A stretch of DNA of 63,772 nt, the filler included, from Lenisia limosa (Eukaryota; Protista; Breviatea): assembly GCA_001655205.1 (NCBI GenBank). It is 17 parts of 17 records of this genome, joined end to end, with 100 filler letters (N's around TTAATTAATTAA, not from the genome) between each part and the next. Parts side by side here need not be neighbours in the genome. Positions count along the whole stretch, not along the records: positions 11,372 to 19,552 come from LPNZ01007895.1; positions 19,653 to 20,870 come from LPNZ01007544.1; positions 20,971 to 25,847 come from LPNZ01000819.1; positions 25,948 to 29,294 come from LPNZ01005778.1; 13 more parts are not named here. The stretch is one strand, 5' to 3'. Numbering within the stretch: position 1 is the stretch's first letter; each line of letters opens with the position of its first letter. Below are positions 11,372 to 26,289 of this stretch, piece after piece. The notes beneath the pieces are model-generated. The model did not search any database, was not told the origin of the DNA, and saw only the letters and a program-made list of their open reading frames with translations. The position numbers and the translations under genes were made by a program.

Positions 11372-12261
11372 ACCCTGTTCAAAGAGTCTCCTCTGAGGAA
11401 GGATACTGTTCCTTGGACCTGAGGAGGAGGGAAAGAACGTAATCGTATCAGGCCTTGATTTTAAGAGCAAAAGTACCCCCCTCACCACTCCCCAGTGCCT
11501 GATCAAATAGGACTGAGTGTTGGCCTTGTTGCTGTACTGCTTGTAGAACGCTGAAATTTCTTCGGCCGAGTCGAATGGGCCATATTTCATCCATTGCCAG
11601 ACCTGGAGGGGCGGGGNNNNNNNNNNNNNNNNNNNNNNNNNNNNNNNNNNNNNNNNNNNNNNNNNNNNNNNNNNNNNNNNNNNNNNNNNNNNNNNNNNNN
11701 NNCGGTGAAAAAGAGGAAGAATCATCATAAAAAAAATTAGCTTTTGACTGGACATCAACGATAAAAACTCACCAGCCAGTTGAGTAAATCCAAGCATTGG
11801 GTATAAAACCCCAAGCCAAAAATTTTGCAGTTACTATCTAACAACAAAAACACTTAATACACAGTAGATAAACTTATGTCTTTGTTTGTTTATTTTCACC
11901 CACGTTTTTCTCCTTGGACTGGCTAGCATCAAGGAGTTGCTGGAAGTCTTGCAGCGGGGTTGCAGCATTGATGGGCTCCAGAACAGTGGTCCTGAAGGGA
12001 AATAAGGGCTCTTGTCGTTTCGACCTTGCACACTCCACCCTTATCTCCGTTTCGTTGATTTCCTGGCATAATATCTATTGACAAAGATGTTATTCAACCT
12101 CTACCATCATTATTCGGACTCTTTAAAGTTCTAATACCATTTCACGCAATCAATTCCATCCCAGACCTGAAGTACTTGAGATGGAAATCTTCGTCAGGGA
12201 ACTCAATAGGCTTGAACTCTGAGGGCTCGCAAACGGGGAAAGAGTTGAGGGTCGTGCGCAT
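11372..12261 (-). CDS. RimJ/RimL-type GNAT N-acetyltransferase (3'-partial)
   Basis: ATG at 12261; exons give MRTTLNSFPVCEPSEFKPIEFPDEDFHLK..TTVLEPINAATPLQDFQQLLDASQSKEKN-VWQWMKYGPFDSAEEISAFY...VQGTVSFLRGDSLNR; LEP...W.Y/W..YGPF...G..S.LR is typical of Acetyltransf_3 proteins. Confidence 0.8.
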
Positions 12262-12669
12262 TGTGATGATTAGAGGACCGGGGGATGCTAGGCAAATGTT
12301 AGGATTAGAGATAGCCGATTTACAAGAAAATCAAAACACAAAAACGGTCTAACATCAGGCTATAATACCCAAATTCATACCTTAATAACGTTTGGAGGGA
12401 CGTATTGTATCTAATGATGTCATTTTCGCGAAGAGAAAGGAGTTAAATACCTGCGCCACCGCAGAACAAAAACGGAACCAGATATGAGATAATGAGATTT
12501 GAATGTGATAGAGAGACATCCTAAAATACACTGTCAGTACGCTGTAATTATTTAAAAGTCTAAGCCGCAATACTTACAAGAGAGTCTTACAGATGTCGGA
12601 TATTTTAGTTTAGTGATTGCTTGTAACCTTTCGTCTACCTCTGCCTGGCTTGAGGGACCTTAAACGGAA

Positions 12670-15600
12670 ATGCCAGCATTCCGATTTCCAACAAGCCCAT
12701 GGGCGGTCTTCACATTTATGACCTTGGTGCTTGTACCGCTTGCTTCCGCCATTCCGTTTGCAAGCACTCCAACGGTTGTCAAGGCCCCACTCTATGAGGT
12801 ATATGCTAAAACCTTATTTGAAGCCTGGATTTTGAAGGGTATCTGACTTGGGTAGCTCTTCTTTAGCCACGTCAGCTTTAGTATCCTCTAATCAATCTCA
12901 TCTGTACAGCGGTGTTTAGTATCTTCTAATCAATCTCATTTTATTTGGGTTCTATTGTTCTTTATACAATTTATTATGACAAAAATATATCGTTTTGGCT
13001 CGTTGTAGAATCTGTTCTCTCTTCGCACCCTTCCTTGACATTCCCTGCCCTCTCACTCTTCTGATGTCTGATTAATGTTTAACTTGTCATCTGTTCACCA
13101 CACAGAACTCTGGCGATTTTGTACCCGATCCCCACATTCGACATCCAGGTAGGCTCAGTGACGTTAATGCTATGAGCAGAGGGAAGCCTATGTTGTGTTC
13201 TTGAAGTACACTGAAATTATATTGGTTTCCCCTACTAATCATCATCGGAAAATGCATAGTTCTCAGGTAGAGACCCAAGGATCACTGGGCCAAAGTGGAA
13301 CCCCCATTGTTAATGTTTACGAAAAATAGCATTGTTAATTATGTTGAATTCAATTGCACGAATGTTCATTCATTTGTTCCTTGCATTCCATGCGCTAGTT
13401 TTCCTGTTGTTGTTGACGTTGCAGTTGCGCGTCCATACTACTTCTATTCCGATGTTCCTTCGGCATCTTTTCAACCCACAGTGTTTGCCTGCCGCGCATC
13501 ACTGACTGATGATTGTATTGAAGTTCCCCATGAGGTGGGTAGTGATAAGGTACATACATTTCTTCCATGTCTGCCAATCATCAACCTCTGTGTGTATTCT
13601 ATTGCGTCATTTCTACAACCAAGTACGTTTTATCTCACACGTCACCTTAGTTTATCTCACACATCACCTTAGTTTATCTCACACGTCACCTTAGTTTATC
13701 TCACATGTCACCTTATTTTATCTCACACGTTCATCTTATTTTAGATTGTGGAGGAAGCCGAGAGTTACATTATTGCCGGCTTTGTCATCCCAGCAACTCG
13801 GATCTATAAGATCAGTGTTGTCGCGACCGGACAGTATCAGATGCTTCTCAATGACGGAATGGGGCTAANNNNNNNNNNNNNNNNNNNNNNNNNNNNNNNN
13901 NNNNNNNNNNNNNNNNNNNNNNNNNNNNNNNNNNNNNNNNNNNNNNNNNNNNNNNNNNNNNNNNNNNNNNCGGACCAAATTGAGGGCCAGGACAGCATAG
14001 GATGAGTAAATACACCTCACTGAGGGCCAGGTGATTGGTCGCGCTTGTGGCCTGTGTCTGCGTTTGTTTTCGTTGTTGACGCATTTAGCCACTCCCAATA
14101 AGTACGTCCAATTCAGTGACCTAAAGGGCTTCCCCCAGGAGATAGGGGCGAAGCTTTTTGTGGAGTTTCAAGTCGTTCACAGTGCAAATGTCCCTCTTGT
14201 AAGGGGGGTTCTATTCTTGCTCTTCTCTTTTTCTATGTATTGTTGCCCTTCTTTTTTCTGTTGATTGTAACGATCCATTCATCTGTTTTTAGTATCTTTG
14301 GGCTACGCTTGAAGACAAAAAGTCCAAGACTCTTGTGGAAGTCAAAGGGGACGTTGTACGTGGGATTGGTTATAGCTTAGCTTCCTATAATGGTGTAGAC
14401 TGGGTAAACACACCAACTTTTTCGAATTTTCTTTCTACGTTCCAGTAATCTCGCAGGGAACAGCTGCAGTGTCGACATCTACTACAACAACGTACTTCAA
14501 ACTTGGTGATATCGACGGGCCCTTGTTAGAGGGGTATTAATGGCGGTATTGAATGATCTTTGTTTAGCGGGGTATTAATGGGGGTATAGAAGGAGCCTTG
14601 TTGATGATGCTATCCTCAAAATGGTCAAATCAGCAATAACTTCCTCCTTACATAGCACATGTAGCTGTGTATCTTCAATCATTATATCATAGCATAATAC
14701 TTGTACATAAGAAGAATAATATCATATGATTTTTGTATTGGTATTTGTTCAAATCCCGATATTTAACCCACATCTCCCAGGCCTGGATCGAATACGATTT
14801 ACTACGCTGCTCCGAGCCTAGGTTTCGGAAAGTACCGACCAAAAAGTGGGGGGAAGGGGGGAAGTTTTTCTGGTGGTTTTTTATAACTTCCATCGCTCCT
14901 TTTCTTATTTCCATTAATTGTTTAGCTGAGGCTGGAGAGTACTCGTGAGCAGGGAAGGGTGTGAGCAATGGAGGAGGGGGGGGGGGGCTTTTCNNNNNNN
15001 NNNNNNNNNNNNNNNNNNNNNNNNNNNNNNNNNNNNNNNNNNNNNNNNNNNNNNNNNNNNNNNNNNNNNNNNNNNNNNNNNNNNNNNNNTTTGGATCAAA
15101 CAAAAGGAGTGCAAAACGTCTTAGACCCTCACTCACAACTAGTCTGCCACTTGAGTTCAAGAGCAAGGCAATTTACACGGGATTCCTGGAGGTTATGGAG
15201 ACTGGTCAGTTGCTCTATACCGACGGCACAACTGAATTGGTGGGAAGGAAGACAAATTTGATTTTGTTTTGTATGTTCACCCATTTTTATTCCTGACTAT
15301 TCCTCGCACCTCCAACACTTTAGATTGCGCCTGTGACTACTGGACAAACCGGACAGTTCCATGAGCTTCTTCCCGGAGGCAACTTCTTTATGGACGTAGG
15401 TCTTCACCTCATTTTTTGCCCGGTGACATAATATTCTTATGGATGAGGAACGCGTTGTTGCGCAATCCACAAGTTATTTTGAGTCAATTGACATTTCATT
15501 TTNNNNNNNNNNNNNNNNNNNNNNNNNNNNNNNNNNNNNNNNNNNNNNNNNNNNNNNNNNNNNNNNNNNNNNNNNNNNNNNNNNNNNNNNNNNNNNNNNN

Positions 15601-18600
15601 NNNNNNNNNNGATTTTTATTTTTGCTTTTTTGTTCCATAACCCCCCTCCCCCTCCCCCCCCAGGGTTCAACTATCAAAACACTGAGCGGACCAGCGACCC
15701 TGAAGTATGGCGCTATTTTCGGTAAGAGGCCAAGGCAGACCTAAACAAAACAGCCAGCATTGTAATTAAGAACTATAGCAAGCCCGGGTTTGCACTCTTG
15801 GCTTTATTGGGTCTTATTTTTGTTTATCTCAGAGGTCATGTTCCAACCTATTTGTGACCCCATAGACCCGCCGAATGTTTGTGATGGAGCGTCACGAGCT
15901 GCAGAGGAGGGCACTCATTACCCATGGCAGTGCTCCACCTGTGACTCAACAAGGTAATGATGATCGAAGGAAGAAAAAATATTTTTTTTCGTTTTACTTT
16001 AACGCACAATTCACCCATAACACTATTTCGTTTACGCTGCCGCAGTCAACTTCCGAGCGCAGGAGCCGGCCGATGCGTCTGTTTGGATGGAACCGTACCT
16101 TCTGATGGTACCTGGGATTATACAGGGCCTAATCGCCTGAGATTTAACTTCTTCACTACAATCAAGATTACTGCTACAAAACTTAAGTTTTTACTTCTTC
16201 CAGGAGTGGTTGCGTACGAAACGCATTTTGCAGCTCTTAATACAGCAACTTCAATTAATAACGTGGGGGGCTTTTGAGATGATAATTGGATAATTGATTT
16301 CTGCTATAGTGTATAGTAGCTACTAGTATATGATGGTTATACCATTTCAGATATGAGATTATTAATGTATCGTGCGATTCCTCTTCATTTGGTGGTCGTT
16401 TGATGAAAGATTAACATGATACTTATCATCACAGTTCACATTTCCCAACTTCTTCCTCACTATTGTAGATTGACCATTTGTTCTTCTCAGGAGGTCATCA
16501 ATTTGTATCGGGTGAGAGGGGTGTTATCATAATGGTCTGACAATGATGTGTTACTTTAGGATAGATATCGAGGTGAAACACTAGTTATTTAGAACGGAGG
16601 TGAATCATTATTCAGCTTTCTTTCCTCGCCTCGAGATAGTGTCTTTGTCTTTGATTCAAACTCACCATTCAGCAACCGAAATGAGCTCAGCAATGCCTTC
16701 ACTGCGTAGGGTGGTGTCATTGTTATTGGGGGTATATGATAAGGGGATGTTTATAGGGCGTTGATAGGGGAGGGGGTATTAGTATGGGCTTCACTTCGGT
16801 TCCAAAAATACCGGAATATAGATAGTTTTCGAGGATTTATCTAGAAATTCAGTGTTTTTTTCTAACCGAAGTGAAGCCCTAAGTACGTATATTCCAATCT
16901 ACTATCTACACGACATGTCCGCTGTCACTGCCCTTTTCAGCCCAAAGCTCACAATGTAGATCCTGTGGAACCCTTCGGAATCAACATGCCGCATAACTTC
17001 GTTTATGATGCCATTTCGGTAACTGGGGCACTGTTTGGCATCAGAGTACCCATTTGGAATTTTCCGTTTCGAATGTCAACAGGTAGGACATATCATAGTA
17101 TGCGTTTGTATGTTTGAAAAACCCTGATTCCACTATTCAAGGGATTTTCAAATGCGATTAAGTCACGATTAATTTTCATTAGACCTCCACCACTCAATAC
17201 GGCCTGATTGTCAGTGCTCCGTTCATCCTTGAGGAAGGCTTTACTTACTCCATGACCGTGAATGCGTACGTCTCAAACGCATGGAGAATGGCCCTGTTGA
17301 ACAACTACAAAGTCAATGTAAGAGGAGGGTAGTGAGCGATGGAAATATGTTTGTGTGTGTGTGTGTTTGATCTCATAATATGCATCTCAACTGTATCTTC
17401 ATAGAGACTATATTTGATCGAGAATATCATCTTTATGTTTTCCGTTTATTACATTTTGCAGATCTATTTGGACTATCGTCGAGACGGTTATTTGGACCAG
17501 TATTGGTCATATCACCACCATGTTGTCCAACCTGAAGAAATGACATCAAGATGGAACAAATTGTGGGGTCTTCCGTCTATAACTTCATCAACATATTTTG
17601 ATATGACACTTATACAGACGCCATGTGCTATTGGTGTTTTGTGAAATAGTATCTTCTTCTCACCCCCTCCAGCCACTGGGACATTCTCATCGATAAAACG
17701 AACACCTATCGTTTCCGAATCCACTACTATTGCGGCATAGGTACATATGAGTAATCTCTGTGCCATGGAATAGATCGTCTAAGATATCAACACAATTGAA
17801 ACCAATTGCCCCCATTAAATATCATTGATTTTGATGGTGATTTCAGACGTTCCGATTGCGGACGTGCCTTATCCCAGCAACCTGTGTGAAGGCGCTGATG
17901 TGGGGCTGTCTTACGTGAGAATCGCTCGTGACGCTAATCCCTATAGTGAGCGGTGTGAATAGTTTTTTATAGTGAGTATGTGCTGTACAGCGAGCATGGG
18001 TGATTGTTTCTTTTTATTTACTATCAACTTCAATGTTAATATCATTTTGATTATTATTATATTATTATTATCACTATTGTACTGGAAAAGTGTCTCATTG
18101 TCTGAGAATCACATTTTGGTCTTCTATGAGAGTTTTATGATATTAAACGTTCACATCCCCCTCTCTTTTAACATATCAGCTCCGAAATGTCAGACGGATT
18201 GTCCGGGAACAGCATTCCCCCAAAGGTACTCCGACGTTTGCCTTAACTGTCTTGATGAGTCCACCTGTGGGGGGTGGGGTGGTAAAGGTGTCAGTGATAT
18301 GGGCAGGGGTAGAGGGGTATTTATTATTATTATTATAATTTTAAACAAAATATGTATTGAATCGAAGTCTCCTTCGTGTTACCCTCCTTTTCACAACGTT
18401 CTTCATCGAAATCTCCTTTGTGTTACCCTCCTTTTGACCATTAATTTTCTGTTGTACCCCTCCCGCTCGTGTTTGTTATTGCTCGTTTTTTGTTTGTTTG
18501 GAGTTTCAGATTATTCGGTTCGTGATTAGTACCTTTACGCCAATTCTTCATCGAAATTTCCTTCATTTCACTCCCCCCCCCCTCAGATGACACAACCCTT

Positions 18601-19516
18601 GACGACTGCCTCTGTCCCAGCGGTTATCAGGGCAAGCCAGGCATGAGGAATCCTTACCAGCATCTCGGCTGCTCTCTTTGCCCCGCTAATACGTATAGGT
18701 TGGGGGTCATTACTATAGCTCTACCTCTTGTCTGCCAACAGATTTTGGGCTTTTTTTTTTGTATCTCATACAAGTTTAAAGGTTTTGTAAGAGATGGATT
18801 ATCACATTCAGCCTCGTATTTATTTTATTTATTTCCTTTATTCAAAGTTGTATACTCATAGATTTATGTTGTATTAAGCTATAATTTGCACGACGATAGA
18901 GGCTCTAAAAGTGAATGTAGAAGTATAAATCAAAAGAGGGTGACTTAGATAGTCCGTGAATTGATTTTTTTCGAAATAAGGGTAAACCTTATTTCTTTTG
19001 TTTCCACGCAACCTTTGTCTGTTATTTCTGAAATAAAACCGTTGTTAAACACACTTCTGCATTTANNNNNNNNNNNNNNNNNNNNNNNNNNNNNNNNNNN
19101 NNNNNNNNNNNNNNNNNNNNNNNNNNNNNNNNNNNNNNNNNNNNNNNNNNNNNNNNNNNNNNNNNNNNNNNNNNNTCGTGTCTTTCACAAATATTGCCAG
19201 TTGAGTTTATTTTGGAGGTTTTGCTTCATAAATTTCTATTTACCCCCCTCCCGCTGGAGTGATGGGATGCGGTGCTGCAGAAGCGATTGGCCTGGGCTTT
19301 GTTTGTTTTGTTGTTTTCAACCTTGTGTTATCGGCGGCCGACAGAGTTGATTTTGGGCTTTTTTTTTTGTTTCATAATTTTTTTCCCATTTTTACTCCCC
19401 CCACCCCCAGCACAAGTTCTGGTGGGCTGTCGAGCTGCAATTCATGTATATCGGGCTACACGTCCCCTAGTGGCTCGGGTCTTCCCTCTGACTGTGAGCT
19501 CTCTTGGGGGGAATAG
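12670..19516 (+). CDS. Large secreted protein with C-terminal Cys-rich (GCC2/GCC3, furin-like) repeats, about 20 exons
   Basis: Signal-like start MPAFRFPTSPWAVFTFMTLVLVPLASA; many GT-AG exons; tail APKCQTDCPG...CLNCLDESTC, DCLCPSGYQG...GCSLCPANTY, SCNSCISGYTSPSGSGLPSDCELSWGE*. Confidence 0.75.
13629..13744 (+). repeat. 22-bp tandem repeat x5 ending at a 3' splice site
   Basis: Unit TTTATCTCACACGTCACCTTAG at 13629, 13651, 13673 and onward; the exon IVEEAES starts at 13745. Confidence 0.85.
19253..19410 (+). mobile_element. Family C repeat forming the intron 3' end
   Basis: CGCTGGAGTGATGGGATGCGGTGCTGCAGAAGCGATTGGCCTGGGCTTTG...CAGAGTTGATTTTGGGCTTT...GTTTCATAA...CCCCCAG; preceded by the tail of another copy; about 20 copies or fragments in the window. 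Confidence 0.88.
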
Positions 19517-19780
19517 ATTGAGTCTAATCTAGAGGCATAATAAGGAATATTTNNNNNNNNNNNNNNNNNNNNNNNNNNNNNNNNNNNNNNNNNNNNTTAA
19601 TTAATTAANNNNNNNNNNNNNNNNNNNNNNNNNNNNNNNNNNNNNNNNNNNNCAAACAAGCTCAAAATCAACTCTGTTGGCTGACAACACACGAGGAAAG
19701 TACAAATCACGGGTTAATGGGGCAATGAGCGTGACGTGAGGGTAAAATTGGAAAATTTATGAAATAAGGGGGTCAAAATA

Positions 19781-20450
19781 ATGACGGGAGCTTGGAGAGC
19801 AGAAGGGGTACTTGTCCTCAGAATACACAACCCAGAATTCCGTCACCTGAAAGGAGGAGCGGTGAGGGACTTTGAGTCGGCAAAGACGGGGGAAGGTCCA
19901 TCAATATTTCCAGCCCATTGCACCCGTTCACTGCACACGAGAACGTCTGGAGTGTCATATGAGGGGGGGGGGATGGAAAATTTATGAAACCAAAATAGCC
20001 CAAGATCAACTTTCTGGTTAGCATTAGTAATATACGAAAATTGATAAAAACAAAACAAAGCCAAGGCCAGTCTCTTCTGCAGCACCGCATACCATCACTC
20101 CATCGTCCCTTTTCTTCATTATTTTTCAGATCCCCTCTCAGTTTGAAACATAGGTTTTTTATTAGTATACAAGGGGAGGGGTGAAGAAAGGGATTTGTTT
20201 CCCAACACATAAGAGTGTTATTCTTCAACGAAATGTGTTTCATTTACACCACCACCCAACCCCCTTGCTCCCAACACATAAGAGTAGGGCTTCACTTCGG
20301 TTCGAAAAGGGACGGAATTTCTCGATAAATCCTCGGAAACTATTGATACTTTACCGAACCGAAGTGAAGCCATAGAATGACAGCCCAGCCCACACATAAG
20401 CGTGACATCTTCTTTCGAATCCGCATCTTGAAGCCCCTGATGTACCTGGC
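19781..20450 (-). CDS. Hypothetical protein fragment, possible IQ motif
   Basis: Minus exons RYIRGFKMRIRKK and VLVCSER-VTEFWVVYSEDKYPFCSP; family C copies are sense to this strand. Confidence 0.35.
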
Positions 20451-21021
20451 TGAAAGAAAGGTAAATTTGGGACAAACCTATTTACCCCCCCCCCNNNNNN
20501 NNNNNNNNNNNNNNNNNNNNNNNNNNNNNNNNNNNNNNNNNNNNNNNNNNNNNNNNNNNNNNNNNNNNNNNNNNNNNNNNNNNNNNNNNNNNNNNNNNNN
20601 NNNNNNNNNNNNNNNNNNNNNNNNNNNNNNNNNNNNNNNNNNCGAACACAAACATACGGTGATGTCGAATTTTTTTTACTATATTTTACGGTAATTTAAC
20701 TAAACTTTTGGTCATTATGAAAATCATGATTGTTGTTCTTTTTTCTCAATAACAATTACTTTTACCACACCAAAATCTAAAACACGAAAGATATGCTCGT
20801 TTACGGCTACTTTTTCCTTCGACAGTACCAGGTTTTGGAACTATAACCTGCTTTAACCCCCTTCGTAAAGNNNNNNNNNNNNNNNNNNNNNNNNNNNNNN
20901 NNNNNNNNNNNNNNTTAATTAATTAANNNNNNNNNNNNNNNNNNNNNNNNNNNNNNNNNNNNNNNNNNNNTGAAAAGTAGATATCCCAGTATATTATGAA
21001 CATATCCCCATAATTGCAAAC

Positions 21022-22375
<1,354 letters not shown>

Positions 22376-22557
22376 CTATTTAAAAAGACATTGAAGTCAT
22401 TTTGAAAACTATTTATAGTCCAGTTCATTTCGAAAATTATCGGGTAGTTTATCGTACCTTTTTAAAGTGTTAGTTTTGTTCGTCTATGCCTCTATCAGGC
22501 CTCTATTTTCTCAATTTATTTATTTATTAAGTGATTATTATAATTGTAGAGGGAAGA

Positions 22558-24357
22558 ATGGAACTTGCTCAAAATCGTGTGCTAGAGCCATCAGCTTTCG
22601 CCATAGCTGCGCAGTCCGCTCTCGCTCCAATTGAAGGAGTCTGGAAGTAGGCTAAATTGAATTCTATGAGGCTCCCTGTGCAATACCCATTTCCTCTTTT
22701 GGTATTTTCCCTCATATCATATTATTATTATTCAGTAAATGTACCATAATATAGATCACTTCATTTTCACACTTAATGAAACCTGGCTTATCAGTCAAGG
22801 AATGTTCCCATGTGTGAGTTTTTCTCCCAAGATCTAGAGGCCAGAATGCCTGAATCCTGGAGGGAATGGTCTCAACAAATGGGTGGGTCTAGAGAATACA
22901 ACAAACAATCCTATGTATACCTGGCTTGTTCAACTGTGTATTTTTATTTTTATATTTTTTTTATTTTATTAATATTATTATTTTCTTTACTCCGCTTTTC
23001 ATACTACAGAGAAGCAGGAGGTATTCATCACATTTTCATCAATGCTTGGTGGCGAAATTCCTGTAAGCGGATTGTTCCCCAAATACGAAAACAAAAAACG
23101 ATATTCTTTGTTGGTATACTCTGTTGCTTCAGTATTCTTATCTATTCCAGAATGGCGTTCCTGAAAGCCTGAAGAAAACCGTCGACCAGCTCCTCACCCT
23201 GCAGCTGGAGAGATCGCACACCCCTAAGGTTGGTGCATCATTTTCTTCATTACATTTCAAAATCGGCACTTATCTCTTAAGGAAACAGACTTTGTCCTTC
23301 CTCCTTCTATCAAAAGATCCCATGCGCATGCAATGGAGGTGAGCTACAAGAGTGGAGCTTTTTTATTGCTGTTGGAGGGTAAGCCAATTCTATCCTTCTG
23401 TTTCGCTGTGTATCAGCGCTATATTTTTCATGTCTCTTCCTTCCCAATCAATATGTTCAAAATTCTTCACCCTTTTAGGCAGTAGGCCTTGTTTCTGCTT
23501 TGGGCAGGTCAAGTCTAACTTGGGTTGATTTCTCAAATGACAATGGTGAGATTGGCTTTATTCCTAAATTTCTCACTCTGCGTATATGTCTTATTATCCG
23601 TTACGGCCAAGTAATGCCTTACACGTAGGATGCTCCTCTAATGTTGCTGCATACAGTGGAAACAAAGTTCTATCAGTTTGCCCATCAAAAAAGGTTGGGT
23701 TTCCAATGACTTTTTTGAGAAATCTTCTCGATTGGGTCTTCCATCGATCAAGCTATTACACATTCCGTTGTACGATGTATTACTAGTAATATGAAATAAT
23801 ATATCGTCGTTAGATTTTAACCTTGTACAATAGTATTTTGTAATGACTGCCCCAGTCACGTAAAAGTGTGGAAGCACAGTGGGCGAAGACTAAAGACAGT
23901 GTTCCCAACGTCATTGACCCCCTCGAAGACATGGTTGTCATCACTGATCTAAAGGTTCGCGGATACGGTGTGTTTTTGAATTGTCCCTACAGAGAATTTA
24001 TTCGTTATTCGTGAAATGTTAAAGTTTGGTGCGCTTTTCACACGGTTTGGCCCGATATACATAATTTTTACATTTTTTCGTTGATAGTATGGACGGCTTA
24101 GGCCAGATTTATCTCATCTCTACATATTCTCGAGAAATTTGACCATAATCACTATGATGATGATTCAGGAAGTTGGTGTTGTTGAATCCATGTTTTTTTT
24201 AAAAAAGAAATAGTTTCCACATAATGCCTGTCCATTTCAGAAAGCGATGGCCCTCGCGGAGGAAACACGGCGCAACATTCTGAGTGAACATGCCAGGAAA
24301 AGAGGCAGCACAGAGGGATCCGTTGTGGTACCTGGGGGAACAGAATCGCATTATTAG
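22558..24357 (+). CDS. Hypothetical protein, multi-exon, divergent from DDX3
   Basis: In-frame exons e.g. DLEARMPESWREWSQQM-EKQEVFITFSSMLGGEIP-NGVPESLKKTVDQLLTLQLERSHTPK-IPCACNGGELQEWSFFIAVG...KAMALAEETRRNILSEHARKRG; no family recognised. Confidence 0.6.
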
Positions 24358-24606
24358 TAACTTCTTATTTTGGGTGTTGAAAGTTGCTTGTTTGGGGGTA
24401 TACTTGTTTATAATTTTCGAATACTCATAGATACATGAATGATATTTTTACTCTGCGCTATATGATATAATTCTTACATGTTGTAATATTATATTTTTAT
24501 GCTATATCTATGCGAATATAGTATATTATATACTAATTGATATATTTCTGGAATGTTGTTTCAGATGGTCATGTAATTTATCCATTAACTCTTCTTGACA
24601 CTTTAG

Positions 24607-25847
24607 GTAAAAGACAGTTTAGCATCGGCGCTTGGTGATGAACCGGTGAGGATGGGTAGTTACTAGGGCTTCACTTCGGTTCGAAAAAAGACTGATTTCT
24701 CGATAAATCCTCGAAAACTATCGATATTTTACCGTTCTTTTTCGAACCGAAGTGATGCCCTTGTAGTTACCTGGTCAAATGAGGATTTATGAGATATTAT
24801 ACCAAGTTCTTCCCAACTGTCCGAAAAAGACTGGTAATATATAGCAATTCACCCTGTAGTTTGTGATGTCGTCTCTCCATCCACGTGCACAGGATTTCAA
24901 GGTAATTGTCGAAGTATGTAAGGGGTCTTGAGTTGAAATATTAAATGTAGTATATCTTGCAAACATACCATCATAGCTCTTATTTTCCATGCTAGTCTTA
25001 TCCTCCAGACGATGAAATCCTCGAAATGCTCTGCTGGTGTTATTGCTCCTGAAGCCTTCCACCTCATTCCTGAGTCATGTGGGTTGCTTTAAGGGGTGTC
25101 AGTTGATAGTTTTCAAGGATTTATCGAGAAATTCGGTCTCGCAAGTGATATGTACAGCTTGATACCTTCTGATTTCCAACGCCGTAGGTTTTCCCATGTC
25201 ATCTTCGTCCGCAATTGCGTCAATTGGGCTCAATAAAGGAGTCCTTAAAATGGCCTGTCAGACAAGTGAAGCTGGTAGGGGCTACCCCAATACACCATTG
25301 AAGGGAATATTGACATATACTGAGCTTACATCGGTCATTGGTGCTGCTACTCTTTACATCTAACCCTGACAATCTCTATATTGAAGAGTTAACTGTAAAC
25401 ACAGAGTGTTTCAGCTTTTTATCTCACAATGGGCTTTTACTACTGCATATCAATTGTTTTTTTTTGTTTTTTTTTGTTTTAGCTCTTAAAAAACTGAAGC
25501 GGAGTATCAGAACTAAGCAAAATATTCCCCCAATGTCCCAATACTCTCCATCTTCCCCCAACAATGACAAAATAGGCCCGGGCCGCTGCTTTGATGTGTC
25601 CAATGTACCGACGGCTTCTAGAAGAGAGCGAATGAAGACTGCCGCGCAAAACGACGCAATTCGTGGCGCTAGCGCAGCGGACTGGAAAAATACTGAGGTG
25701 AGAGACGGGGGTGTTGGTATTGTTTCAGTTTACATTATCCCTCTTTTTCATGTCCGTCAGACGCATGCACAGAAAAAGGCGCGGTATGCTCGAAGCAAGA
25801 AGTTTGAGGAATCCATGACAGCCACCGCAGTCCGTGCCTGTCTTGAG
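24607..25847 (+). CDS. Hypothetical protein (partial)
   Basis: GT-AG-bounded open segments such as GPGRCFDVSNVPTASRRERMKTAAQNDAIRG and THAQKKARYARSKKFEESMTATAVRACLE. Confidence 0.4.
24664..24762. mobile_element. Family A hAT-type MITE with 8-bp TSD GTAGTTAC
   Basis: About 25-bp TIRs TAGGGCTTCACTTCGGTTCGAAAAA / TTTTTCGAACCGAAGTGATGCCCTT; TSD 24656-24663 and 24763-24770. Confidence 0.92.
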
Positions 25848-26289
25848 NNNNNNNNNNNNNNNNNNNNNNNNNNNNNNNNNNNNNNNNNNNNTTAATTAAT
25901 TAANNNNNNNNNNNNNNNNNNNNNNNNNNNNNNNNNNNNNNNNNNNNCCGGCGGTTACACCCGGATCCCTAAGTGACCGCTTTGACCTGCCATCCCCAGG
26001 TTTGCGTTATTTTTCATAATTGTTTATTTTTCTGTTGTAAATACCCCAAATCATTATATTAAAAAACTTGTTTTTTATTTCTGTTAAATACCTTGGTGTG
26101 TATGTTTTTATGAGTCTTGACCGCTTTGCTTTGTGATTTCCCAAGGAAAATAGGCCAACACTAATCACGATCACTGATGATATATTCTATAATATATCAT
26201 ATAATATGCAAATATATATACATATATATATTATATTATGTACAGGTACATGTATATATTTCATAACATACGTATATCTGTCCTAGTTG

